From a virus (taxonomy: Duplodnaviria; Caudoviricetes), in IMG/VR virus record IMGVR_UViG_3300046004_002544, positions 1,040 to 65,039 of that record: DNA of 64,000 nucleotides. One strand, 5' to 3'. The position numbers were made by a program, and so were the translations under genes. How positions within the stretch are numbered: the first letter of the stretch is position 1; each line of letters begins with the position of its first letter. A model generated the notes under the pieces. It searched no databases, had not been told where the DNA came from, and saw only the letters and a list, made by a program, of their open reading frames with translations. Shown one piece after another: positions 8,520 through 17,494 of the stretch.

Positions 8520-11131
8520 AGACCGTCACCCTGGCGCTGAATGCCCTGGACCCGTCCGAGTGGACGACCCACGAGGTCGAAGACATTCGGGCCTTCCTGG
8601 TGGAGCGCTTCGATGAATGGCCGGTGACCGCGCGCATCTACCACAAGCAGGTGGCTGAGGTGTGCGACGTCACGCCTACGTGCGAGGCTGACGTAGAGCG
8701 CCTCGGTGAGCTCGACGGGCCGTTCCACGTCGTGGTCTATCCGGAGGGCCCGGTGGCGATCTTTTTCGCCTTCGCGGCACTCGCCGTGGTGGCGGTGGTA
8801 GCGCTTGCCTTCATGGCCATCCCGCAGGACGTCCCAACGCCTGCGGCGCGGAACACGCAATCCAAGTCGCCCAACAACGAACTGTCGGCCCGCACCAACC
8901 GCGCTCGGCCCAATGGCCGCATCCCTGAAATCTTTGGGACCGTCCGTTCCACCCCCGACCTGGTCGCCGCCACCTATTCGGTGTTTGAGAGCAACCGCGA
9001 GGTGGAGTTCGCCTTGATGTGCATCGGCCGCGGCAGCTATGACATCTCTGACGTGCGAGACGGCGACACGCCCCTGGACGAAGTGCGCGGCGCCCGCGTG
9101 GCGTTCTACGAGCCAGGCACGTCGCCTAACTCAGGGACCCCGCAACTCTCCATTGGGGGCACCATCAACGACCCGGTGCTGACCGTTGTCCGATCAGCGT
9201 CGGTCAACGGTCAGACCCTCCATCCGCCGTCGGACCCGATTGCCCACACGGGCATGACGGTGCGAGGTCCCAACTACATCTACGCGGCCTTCTTGACTGG
9301 AGACAAGGGCAGCTTCACTGCCGACAATTTCGATGACATTCAAGTCGGCGACTCGATCACGCTCACCTCTGCGGTGTTCAGCGGCAACGATACCGGAGGT
9401 ACCCCCCGGAGCTGCACTCTGACGGGCACTTACCAGGTTATCGAAAAGGACGACACGGGCTTTGTGCCGTGGATCAGGGTTGATGACCCGACAACGATCG
9501 ACGCTGACTGGGGAGACGTCAATACCTGGTGGCCGAACGGTCACGTTTCGGGTGCCAAGGGAACAAACACCAGTGGCACGATGACCGGCCCCGACACCGA
9601 TTGGATCGGGCCGTTCTTCCTCGATGTTCCGCTCATGGAGAAGGTCTTCGTGAACGTGGTCGCTCCCAACGGCATGTTCAAGGATGACGGTGAGGACCAG
9701 TATCAAACGGCTGTGTCCTACGAGCTTGAGCTGACCCCGGTGGATGCAAGCGGCACGCCGACAGGGTCTGCAGAAACCTTTGATGGCATTGTCGTAGGGT
9801 CTGCGGTGACCCGTGATCAGAGAGCTACAACCCTGCGAGCCGAGCCGACCTTCACCGGCCGATGCAAGGCTCGCATGCGGCGAGTCACTGCTGAAGACAC
9901 CGCCTTCACCGGCACCGTGGTCGACGAAGTTAAGTGGCGCGACCTGTATGCGGTCTCGCCGGTCGACGTCCTCGACTTTGGCGACGTCACCCTGGCGCAC
10001 TCCGTCACGGTCGCTACCGAGGGAGCCTTGGCGGTCAAGGAGCGCAAGCTCAACTGCCTGGTCACCCGCCTGCTTCCGCAGCGGGTCTCCGGGTCGACCT
10101 TCACCAGCGAGCTCTATCCGACGAACAACGCCGCCGACATCATCTCGGCCATCTGCCTCGATCCCTACCTGGGCAACAGGCCGGCAAGCCAGGTTGATTT
10201 CGACAGCATCTACGACACGATCGCCGAGGTGGAGACCTACTTCGACACGCCCCTGGCCACGGAGTTCTCTTACACCTTCGACAGCGAGAACCTGTCCTTC
10301 GAGGAGACCGTCAGGATCGTGGCCGAGGCCGCGTTCTGTACGGCCTACCGACGCGGGAGCGTCATCAAGCTGTTCTTCGAGAAGGAGACGGCGGACAGCG
10401 TCCTCCTGCTCAACCACAGGAACAAGACGCCTGGCTCGGAGACGCGCACGGTGTCCTTTGGGGTGCAGAACGACCACGACGGCGTGGCGATGACCTATAT
10501 CGACCCGGTCGATGACGCCGTGGTGACCTACTACATTCCCGAGGACATGTCGGCGGTCAACCCGAAGAAGACGGACAGCCTGGGCATCCGGTCGCGTCTG
10601 CAGGCTCACTTCCACGCCTGGCGCACCTGGAACAAGCTGCGCTACCAGAACACCCTGGTGGAGTTCACTGCGACGCAGGAAGCTGACATCCTCCTGCGGG
10701 GCGAACGCGTGCTCGTGGCCGACAACACCCGGCCGGACACCCAGGACGGCCAGGTGGAGTCGCAGGCAAGCCTCGAGCTCACCCTCTCGCAACCGGTCGA
10801 CTTTACGGGCGGTGGCAAGAGCATCTTCCTCCAGCACTACGACGGGACGGTGCAGAGCATTTCGATCACCGCGGGCGGCGCAGCGAACAAGGTCGTGCTC
10901 GCCGGAGCGCCGACCCTGCCGCTCTCCCTGGACGATGAGAACTACGCCAAGGCGACCTACATGGTTGTGGGCTCGGGGGACGCCCGGTCAGCAGCCTTCC
11001 TGGTCACGGAGAAGGAGCCGGCATCGGACTTCACGGTCAAGATGCAGGCGGTCAACTACGACGACCGGTACTACGCCAACGACCAGGACTTCGCTGATGG
11101 CGTAGTCGACGAGGATGGGTTCATAATCTAG
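8516..11131 (+). CDS. Tail tip hub / host-specificity protein (gpJ-like)
   Basis: 871 aa with 'NRARPNGRIPEIFGTVRSTPDL' and C-terminal 'AVNYDDRYYAND'. Last large tail gene. Confidence 0.8.
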   Translation: MKTVTLALNALDPSEWTTHEVEDIRAFLVERFDEWPVTARIYHKQVAEVCDVTPTCEADVERLGELDGPFHVVVYPEGPVAIFFAFAALAVVAVVALAFMAIPQDVPTPAARNTQSKSPNNELSARTNRARPNGRIPEIFGTVRSTPDLVAATYSVFESNREVEFALMCIGRGSYDISDVRDGDTPLDEVRGARVAFYEPGTSPNSGTPQLSIGGTINDPVLTVVRSASVNGQTLHPPSDPIAHTGMTVRGPNYIYAAFLTGDKGSFTADNFDDIQVGDSITLTSAVFSGNDTGGTPRSCTLTGTYQVIEKDDTGFVPWIRVDDPTTIDADWGDVNTWWPNGHVSGAKGTNTSGTMTGPDTDWIGPFFLDVPLMEKVFVNVVAPNGMFKDDGEDQYQTAVSYELELTPVDASGTPTGSAETFDGIVVGSAVTRDQRATTLRAEPTFTGRCKARMRRVTAEDTAFTGTVVDEVKWRDLYAVSPVDVLDFGDVTLAHSVTVATEGALAVKERKLNCLVTRLLPQRVSGSTFTSELYPTNNAADIISAICLDPYLGNRPASQVDFDSIYDTIAEVETYFDTPLATEFSYTFDSENLSFEETVRIVAEAAFCTAYRRGSVIKLFFEKETADSVLLLNHRNKTPGSETRTVSFGVQNDHDGVAMTYIDPVDDAVVTYYIPEDMSAVNPKKTDSLGIRSRLQAHFHAWRTWNKLRYQNTLVEFTATQEADILLRGERVLVADNTRPDTQDGQVESQASLELTLSQPVDFTGGGKSIFLQHYDGTVQSISITAGGAANKVVLAGAPTLPLSLDDENYAKATYMVVGSGDARSAAFLVTEKEPASDFTVKMQAVNYDDRYYANDQDFADGVVDEDGFII

Positions 11132-11135
11132 GGCC

Positions 11136-11588
11136 ATGTCCCTAAGAGATGATCCCGCCCTCGTGCTGCGCGAAGTCCAGGCTCACATGGCCTGGTCCGG
11201 CGCGCAGGCATGCAGTTCCGAGAAACTTGCTTCCGAAGCCTTGCAGGCTGGCGCGACGGCCGATGAGGTCCGTCGCGCAGTCCTGTCAGGCGTCGACGGA
11301 GCGGCCTTTGCCCTCGAGGTAATCCTCGCGGCGCCTCGCTGGACTGCCACTCCCGAAGAGGCCGCCGAGGTGCAAGAGTGGTACGCTCGAGCGCTTGTGG
11401 AGCACAAGACCTGGGAAGAGGGCGGCAAAACTGCCCTCGCAATCATCAAGCGGTATGCCTCTGGCGTATCGCCGGCGGCCATCGGGGTTCTCCTCGACTG
11501 GGCGTTGGAGAAGGCCAAGAACCCGCGTGAGCTCGCGGCAACCCCCCAATTCAGGGCCCAGCTCCAGCGCTGCCGCCCGGAGGCATAG
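11136..11588 (+). CDS. Hypothetical protein
   Basis: 150-aa ORF that fills the gap between the tail hub and the endolysin. Confidence 0.55.
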   Translation: MSLRDDPALVLREVQAHMAWSGAQACSSEKLASEALQAGATADEVRRAVLSGVDGAAFALEVILAAPRWTATPEEAAEVQEWYARALVEHKTWEEGGKTALAIIKRYASGVSPAAIGVLLDWALEKAKNPRELAATPQFRAQLQRCRPEA

Positions 11589-11592
11589 AGAG

Positions 11593-12843
11593 ATGGACTT
11601 CATCGGAACCGGCAAGGCCGTGAGCGCCAAGGGCGTAGCGGCTGCAGCCCGCAAGATCGGATGTGACGAGGCGGCCGTCAGGGCTGTCCTGCAGGTCGAG
11701 GCCGCCGGCCGTGGCTTTGACAGTCAGAACCGCCCCAAGGCGCTCTTCGAGCCCCACAAGTTCTACAAGCACCTGGGCAAGGGCCCGAAGCGGGACCAAG
11801 CCGTCGCGTCCGGCCTGGCGTATGCCCGGTGGAAGCCTGGCAACTACCCCAAGAGCTCCTCGGGTGTCTACTCCCAGATCGAGGCGGCCTGCGCGATCGA
11901 TGAGGACGCCGCCCTGAAGTCCACCTCCTGGGGGCTCGGCCAGATCATGGGCGAGAACCACGAGGAAGCCGGCTACGCCACCGTGCAGGACTTCGTCGAG
12001 GCCTGTATGCAGGGTGAAGACCGGCAGCTGGACGACGTGGCCGACCTGATCGTGCACTGGGGCATCGCCGATGAGATGGCCCGGCAAGACTGGGCGGGCT
12101 TTGCGCGTGTCTGGAACGGCCCGGGCTACGCCAAGAACAAGTACGACGTCAAGCTGGCGTCCGCCTACTCCAAGTTCGACGCGGACCCCGAGGTCCGATC
12201 GGCGCCGCCCCCGAAGGACACCTTCGTCCCTATCGCTCAGACCGGTATGCGTGGGCCAATCGTGCAGGAGGTGCAGGAGCTACTCGTGCGGGCTGGCCAT
12301 CGCCTGCGGGTCGACGGCGACTTCGGCGAAGACACCAAGCGCGAGGTCGTGCTGTTCCAACTCGCCGCCGGCCTGAAGACCGACGGCCGCGTCGGTCCGG
12401 CGACCCTCGCCGCTCTGCGGGCAGCGCCTCCGGTGCCGGTGAGCGCCGAACGAGCTGAGCTCACCGCCGCCGACCTCAAGGCCTCCGGCTCCACTATCGT
12501 GAAGGGCGGCGACGCGATCACGAAGATCGCCGTCGGCGCCGGCGCCGCCGTGAGCGCTGCCAAGGGAGCTGAGGAGACCGGCATCCTGGATCGCGCCAAG
12601 GCAATCGGGGATCAAGCCGAGCAGGCCTCCCAGGTGGCAAGCCAGGTTGGCGAAGCCGCCACGGTCGCTTCGACGACGGTCCAGCAGGTGCACCAGGCAA
12701 CCGGAACCCTCGGGACCGCAGGGCAGCTGGTGGCCGACTACTGGTGGGTCATCGCCGTCGTCGCCCTGGTCGCCGCAGCCTACTACGCCCGCAAGATCGT
12801 CAGCGCCCGGGTCAACGACGCCCGCACGGGGAAGACACTGTGA
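11593..12843 (+). CDS. Endolysin: N-acetylmuramidase (DUF3380-like) + peptidoglycan-binding domain + C-terminal membrane segment
   Basis: 'VEAAGRGF...PKALFEPHKF...STSWGLGQIMGENH...WAGFARVWNGPGY'. PG-binding 'VDGDFGEDT...FQ...GLKTDGRVGPAT'. C-terminal TM 'YWWVIAVVALVAAAYY'. Confidence 0.88.
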   Translation: MDFIGTGKAVSAKGVAAAARKIGCDEAAVRAVLQVEAAGRGFDSQNRPKALFEPHKFYKHLGKGPKRDQAVASGLAYARWKPGNYPKSSSGVYSQIEAACAIDEDAALKSTSWGLGQIMGENHEEAGYATVQDFVEACMQGEDRQLDDVADLIVHWGIADEMARQDWAGFARVWNGPGYAKNKYDVKLASAYSKFDADPEVRSAPPPKDTFVPIAQTGMRGPIVQEVQELLVRAGHRLRVDGDFGEDTKREVVLFQLAAGLKTDGRVGPATLAALRAAPPVPVSAERAELTAADLKASGSTIVKGGDAITKIAVGAGAAVSAAKGAEETGILDRAKAIGDQAEQASQVASQVGEAATVASTTVQQVHQATGTLGTAGQLVADYWWVIAVVALVAAAYYARKIVSARVNDARTGKTL

Positions 12844-13247
12844 TCGGCGCCTTCCTCGCATTCGCCTCGCCGGCCTGGTCCGGCGTGAAGGCGGTCGGGG
12901 GCCTCGTGCTGAGGTCACGTCCGCTCCAGATCGCTCTGGCGGCGGGCGCAGGCCTGTTGCTCCTGTCCCACTTCAAGGCTGAGGCCTATCGAGACGGGCT
13001 GGCGGATGGCCGGAGTGAGTGCCGGTCATCTGCCCTCGCTGCGCAGGTCACCGCTCTCGAGGCGCAGGCCAAGGCCAGCGCCGAGATAGCGGCCAAGGCC
13101 ACAAAGCGTGCTCAGGAAGCCGAGAAGGAAGCCTCCGCGCGCCAGACCCAGGTGGAGCGCGCCGAGCGCCTCGCTGCCCTCCAGGCCAACGCCAAGGGCG
13201 TGTGCCTCACCAAGGAGACCGCCGATGCGATCCGCGCCATCCGCTAA
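12840..13247 (+). CDS. Inner-membrane spanin (Rz-like)
   Basis: GTG start overlaps the endolysin stop. N-terminal hydrophobic segment followed by an Ala-rich coiled coil. Confidence 0.7.
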   Translation: MIGAFLAFASPAWSGVKAVGGLVLRSRPLQIALAAGAGLLLLSHFKAEAYRDGLADGRSECRSSALAAQVTALEAQAKASAEIAAKATKRAQEAEKEASARQTQVERAERLAALQANAKGVCLTKETADAIRAIR

Positions 13248-13548
13248 CCTGATCCTGGGCGCCCTCCTCGTCCTGGTTGTCCTCGCTTTGCCGGGGTGCG
13301 CTACGCTCCTGGGCAGCTCAAAGCCACCGGTGACCGTTGAGCGGCAGCAACCACTTCCGGTTGTGCCGGACGACATTAAACGCTGCTTCGCCGGCGTAGT
13401 CGACCTGCCGCCCGGCGCATGGTCGGCTGAAGTCACCGGCAGCCTGCTTGCGAAGGTGCGAGCCTCGGAAATCTCCAAGACGAAGTGCGGCAAGCGCTTT
13501 CTGGAATGGTACGAGGATGTCGCCGAGAGCAGGGCCGCCGGGAGTTAG
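13225..13548 (+). CDS. Outer-membrane spanin lipoprotein (Rz1-like)
   Basis: Signal peptide ending in lipobox LPGC, Pro-rich, overlaps the i-spanin end. Confidence 0.72.
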   Translation: MRSAPSANLILGALLVLVVLALPGCATLLGSSKPPVTVERQQPLPVVPDDIKRCFAGVVDLPPGAWSAEVTGSLLAKVRASEISKTKCGKRFLEWYEDVAESRAAGS

Positions 13549-13573
13549 CAACCCAGTACGGAGCCCCGGCGCC

Positions 13574-13840
13574 ATGGTTACCCCCGACGCCTCTATCACC
13601 CCGACCAAGGAAGGCGTCACGTCCTTTCTACTTCGGCACTGGCCAATCGTCCTGGCCATCTTCGCCGTCACGGTCACGAACGTGCGGGCCGACGCCAAGA
13701 CCAATGAGCTGGAGCGCCGCGTCGTGCCCATCGAAAAGAGCATCCCCGAAACGGGCGAGCGACTGGCCAGCATCGAGACCCAGCTCGTGATCCAGACCAA
13801 GCTGCTGGATCGGATCGACAAGAAGCTAGACGATCAGTAA
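13574..13840 (+). CDS. Small membrane protein, possible holin
   Basis: Single TM (WPIVLAIFAVTV) plus coiled coil, at the end of the lysis cassette. Confidence 0.45.
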   Translation: MVTPDASITPTKEGVTSFLLRHWPIVLAIFAVTVTNVRADAKTNELERRVVPIEKSIPETGERLASIETQLVIQTKLLDRIDKKLDDQ

Positions 13841-13854
13841 GACAGGAGACGCGC

Positions 13855-15330
13855 TTGACCCAAGACCAGATGCCCGATCAGGGCCCCGTCATCGTAGTGA
13901 AGGGGCGGATCGCCTCAAGGTCCAGGGCGGTGCGGAGGCTGCCCCGCCGAGGGCAGGTTAAGCGCTACGTCCTGACGTCGGCACAGAACAACACCCACGT
14001 GCACGAAGCCGTCTGGCTGAACGTGCTGGCGATGGCAAGCCACTACAACGCCGAGGTCCTCGTGGGGACCTTCTCGTATGACCGGTCCTCCCACAAGAAG
14101 GGCTCCAAGCGGGGCACTGAGGTCGACGACGCCGGCAAGTGGTGGGACCCCCAGATCGTCGAGCATGCCTGTGACCAGCAGGTGCAGCTGGCGCCGGGCC
14201 TCATCTGGTGCGGCGAGCTGAGCATCATCCCCACCGCGGACGATCCCCTGTCGAAGCTGGAAGGCTACAACGGCCGGGCGTCCAACATCGTTCCCCACGC
14301 CAAGTTCGCCATGACCTCCGTCGCCAGCCTGGGCGATGAGGCCACCAAGTTCAACTACACGACCGGGACGGTCACCCAGCGCAACTACATCCAGATGAAG
14401 GCCGGTCTGACGGCTGAGCGCCACCATGGCTACGGCGCGCTCCTGGTCGAGGTGCTCGGCGATGGCTCCTGGTTTGTCCGCCAGCTCGAGGCTGCCGATG
14501 ACGCATCCATTCGGGACCTGGACCTGAAAGCCCAGGATGGCGAGGTCACGTCAGGCCACCCGGTCGAGTGCATCACCTGGGGCGACATCCACGTCCGGGT
14601 GATTGAACCGTCGGTGCGGGCGCTGGGCTGGGCGGCTGGTGGGATGCTGGACGTGCTCCGGCCGAGGATGCAGGTCCTGCACGACGTGGTCGACTTCCGG
14701 AGCCGCAACCACCACGAGTCACGTGACCCCCTGGCGCTCTTCGACAAGTGGCAGGACAACGCCGAGTGCGTAGCCGCCGAGGTCGCCGAGAGCGTACAGT
14801 TTCTCAACCAGGATGCCTTCAGGCCCTGGTGCGAGACCTTCATCGCCCCGTCCAACCACCATGAAGCAATGACCCGCTGGCTCAAGGAAGCGGACTGGCG
14901 CACCGATCCGGTGAACGCCCGCCTGTTCCACCGCGCCTGGCTCTGGCTGTTGGACGGCGAACGAGACGTCTACCGCCGGGCCTGCGAGGACGCCGGCGTA
15001 CAACCTGCCATCCATTTCCTGGAGACCGACGAGAGCCTGGTCATCTGCAAGGAGCACGACGGGGGCATTGAGGTTGGCATGCACGGCCACCTGGGGATAA
15101 ACGGCGCCCGCGGGAACTCCAAGGCGTTCGCCAAGCTGGGTCGCAAGAGCTCCATCGGGCACATGCACACAGCCGGCATCTATCTCGGTGTCTGGACGGC
15201 GGGCACCTCGTCGCGCATGCGCATCGGGTACAACAGAGGACCTAGCTCGTGGTCCTGGTCGCACGTCGTGCACTACCCTGAAGGGACCCGCACGATGGTC
15301 ACCATGTGGAAGGGGCGCTGGCGCGCCTAG
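13855..15330 (+). CDS. Calcineurin-like metallophosphoesterase, T5 A1-like
   Basis: 'YVLTSAQNNTHVH', 'WGDIH', 'HDVVD', 'SNHH', 'HGHLGINGARG', 'GHMH': metallophosphoesterase signatures with an A1-type N-terminus. Confidence 0.7.
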   Translation: MTQDQMPDQGPVIVVKGRIASRSRAVRRLPRRGQVKRYVLTSAQNNTHVHEAVWLNVLAMASHYNAEVLVGTFSYDRSSHKKGSKRGTEVDDAGKWWDPQIVEHACDQQVQLAPGLIWCGELSIIPTADDPLSKLEGYNGRASNIVPHAKFAMTSVASLGDEATKFNYTTGTVTQRNYIQMKAGLTAERHHGYGALLVEVLGDGSWFVRQLEAADDASIRDLDLKAQDGEVTSGHPVECITWGDIHVRVIEPSVRALGWAAGGMLDVLRPRMQVLHDVVDFRSRNHHESRDPLALFDKWQDNAECVAAEVAESVQFLNQDAFRPWCETFIAPSNHHEAMTRWLKEADWRTDPVNARLFHRAWLWLLDGERDVYRRACEDAGVQPAIHFLETDESLVICKEHDGGIEVGMHGHLGINGARGNSKAFAKLGRKSSIGHMHTAGIYLGVWTAGTSSRMRIGYNRGPSSWSWSHVVHYPEGTRTMVTMWKGRWRA

Positions 15331-15339
15331 AGGGAAAGC

Positions 15340-15415
15340 GGCCAAGGCCGCTTTTTCCCGTTTACAAGGCTGGGGACGCAGGCTACGTTGGGAGGGTCAA
15401 AAACGGAGACCCTCC
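15340..15415 (+). promoter_or_regulatory. Conserved phage promoter P1 with leader and RBS
   Basis: GGCCAAGGCC, then TTTACA (15361-66)-N17-TACGTT (15384-89), then GTCAAAAACGGAGA. Near-copies at 54573-54650 and 61320-61396. Confidence 0.75.
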
Positions 15416-16045
15416 ATGCAGACCCACCTTAACGTCCAGCACCACTTCATCACCCTTCGCGTTGGCGAGGCCAAAGGCACTCGCCTCCTGCTGACGATGA
15501 GCCACAGCGGCCAGAAAGCCTCCGCCGCCGGCGTCGAGGCGCCTCTGATGAAGCGGGCCTTCAAGGCCTTCTGCGCCCTCGAGAAGTACGTCCTCGGAAA
15601 GAGCGACGCCTACAAGAACTACGGCGAGATGATGAACAGCCTCAAGGCTCTCGCCGAGAAGGCCCCCACCATCGAGGCCTTCGTGGAAGCCATGGTGCAG
15701 CTCATCGAGGCCTCTCCGGCGGGCCAAGCACGCGCTGCAGCAGCCCCTAAGGTCCCTGAGGACATCAAGGCTAAGGCCTTGATTATCGAGGAAGTTCCCG
15801 CGCCCGCCAAAGGCTCAGGCCCCGCCCCACGGACCCGCGAAGAGCTTCAGGCCGCCTTCGACCTCGTCAAGAACAAGAAGGATTGGAAGGAACGCATTGA
15901 CCGCGTCATTCCCGCCCACATGGAAGCCGCTGTGGCGGAGGCCGTCTCGTCCTTCACCGGAACGCAAGCCTATTTCATCCCCCACAAAGACCCCACGAAA
16001 CTCATCGTGCGCGCTGCGGGCTACTACCGCGGCCCTTGCAACTAG
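15416..16045 (+). CDS. Hypothetical protein (promoter-proximal, probably early)
   Basis: ATG at 15416 after GGAG, downstream of P1. Confidence 0.7.
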   Translation: MQTHLNVQHHFITLRVGEAKGTRLLLTMSHSGQKASAAGVEAPLMKRAFKAFCALEKYVLGKSDAYKNYGEMMNSLKALAEKAPTIEAFVEAMVQLIEASPAGQARAAAAPKVPEDIKAKALIIEEVPAPAKGSGPAPRTREELQAAFDLVKNKKDWKERIDRVIPAHMEAAVAEAVSSFTGTQAYFIPHKDPTKLIVRAAGYYRGPCN

Positions 16046-16053
16046 GAGCTGAA

Positions 16054-16575
16054 ATGATACAGATTGAGCTGCGGAACATCCGCGTCAACAAGGCGCTCTC
16101 AAACGAGACGCCGTGCTACAGCGCCGACCTGTACGTCGACGGCAAACTGGCCGCGCGCGTGGGCAACCGTGGGCATGGGGGCTGCGACGAGTTCATGGAC
16201 GTCAACGCGCCCCCGAACTCAGCGGACAACTACAAGGCCATCGAGGCGCGTGTGAAGGCAGACTACCCGCCTTTGGACATGAGCGCCTACGGCATGGACC
16301 CGCTCCCCGCCAGTCTCGAGACGGTCTGCCAGGGCCTCGTCGAGGACCATCTGGCGCGCCAGGCCATGGCTCTGGCCATGCGGCGCAAGGTAGCGTTCTT
16401 CAAGGACGGCTTGCCGCCTGAGGGGCAGAAGGCGCCTCTGTTCACGTCCAAGCTGAGGCCCGCCGACACTGTGGCGAGCCTCATTGAGGTCCTCCGGACG
16501 TACCACCCCAAGGCCTACTTCCTCAACACGCTGACGCCTGAGGAGCAGTGGGAGGCCTACCAGCGGGTCAGCTAA
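16054..16575 (+). CDS. Hypothetical protein
   Basis: ATG after AGGAG. 'LSNETPCYSADLYVDGK...NRGHGG' resembles a recurrent phage early-gene family. Confidence 0.7.
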   Translation: MIQIELRNIRVNKALSNETPCYSADLYVDGKLAARVGNRGHGGCDEFMDVNAPPNSADNYKAIEARVKADYPPLDMSAYGMDPLPASLETVCQGLVEDHLARQAMALAMRRKVAFFKDGLPPEGQKAPLFTSKLRPADTVASLIEVLRTYHPKAYFLNTLTPEEQWEAYQRVS

Positions 16576-17174
16576 CCCACGATCCGGCGCGCCTTGTCCA
16601 TACAGTCGCGCCAGGCGGTGAGGGTGATGGTGTCAATCAGGCGCTGAGGCGGGCGCTGCTTGCCAATGAAGCCCTTCTGCCCGGCCTTCAGCGCCGACAC
16701 CATTCGCTGGATCAGGTCCGCCATGAAGACGTCCGCGCAGGTGTACAGGGCGCACTCCTTGCGGAGCCGCGGCCAGGGCAGTTCGTGGTCGTCCGCCAGG
16801 TCGCCGTACAGGGCGCCATCGTCGTCTGCCTCGAATTGCACATCGTGCAGTTCAAAGCGGGGCAGCTTCAGCAGCTCCAGTTCAAAGACCCGGTCGTGGG
16901 GGACCTTGCCGTGGAAGCGCAGGGCAGCCGCGTCGCCGTGGTTGTGGACCCGTGAGAACACGGCGCCGGGTTCGGTGTCAGGCGCCAGGACGATGCGCCG
17001 GCGAACCGGCGCCGAACCGTCGGCGATCAGGACGGCAGAGGCCATGAAGTGCCTCTTGCAGCCGAAACTGTCAAGCCACGCAAGCATTTCGTCACCGAAC
17101 CCGATGGAAAGCTGCTCTCCTCCCCAGTTCCCGACCTGTCCGCGCATCCGCACTCTCCAAAGCAAAAGGACCAC
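16572..17174 (-). CDS. Hypothetical protein (start uncertain)
   Basis: 200-aa ORF convergent with the previous gene. Confidence 0.45.
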   Translation of the reverse strand: MVLLLWRVRMRGQVGNWGGEQLSIGFGDEMLAWLDSFGCKRHFMASAVLIADGSAPVRRRIVLAPDTEPGAVFSRVHNHGDAAALRFHGKVPHDRVFELELLKLPRFELHDVQFEADDDGALYGDLADDHELPWPRLRKECALYTCADVFMADLIQRMVSALKAGQKGFIGKQRPPQRLIDTITLTAWRDCMDKARRIVG

Positions 17175-17234
17175 CAGGCAGCTTGCCTGATGGTCCCAAA
17201 GTGCGATGAAGGCTTGGGGCTAGACCCCAGCGTT

Positions 17235-17423
17235 CTAGCCGACGGCGTCGGGGGCGTGGCCGTGAGCTTGTTCGACCAGATTGACCAGCTCGGCCATGGA
17301 ACCCACGTCGCCCCAGTGAGGTGCGCTGTTCACGTCGTCTTCAAGACGCTTGAGCAGCAGGCGGGTGGCTTCAAGGGCCTTGGCTTTCAGTTCGTTGTAG
17401 GTCTCGACGCTCTTGGCAGACAT
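17235..17423 (-). CDS. Small hypothetical protein
   Basis: MSAKSVETYNELK..., RBS GAGGAG, downstream of promoter P2. Confidence 0.65.
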   Translation of the reverse strand: MSAKSVETYNELKAKALEATRLLLKRLEDDVNSAPHWGDVGSMAELVNLVEQAHGHAPDAVG

Positions 17424-17449
17424 GGGGTAGCTCCTCAGTTGATTTCCCC

Positions 17450-17492
17450 AATGTGCCGCATCGCCCGCGTCCTGTAAACGGGCCTTGACCAC
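17450..17492 (-). promoter_or_regulatory. Conserved phage promoter P2
   Basis: Minus strand: GGTCAAGGCCCG-TTTACA (17478-73)-N17-CACATT (17455-50). Confidence 0.65.
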
Positions 17493-17494
17493 TT

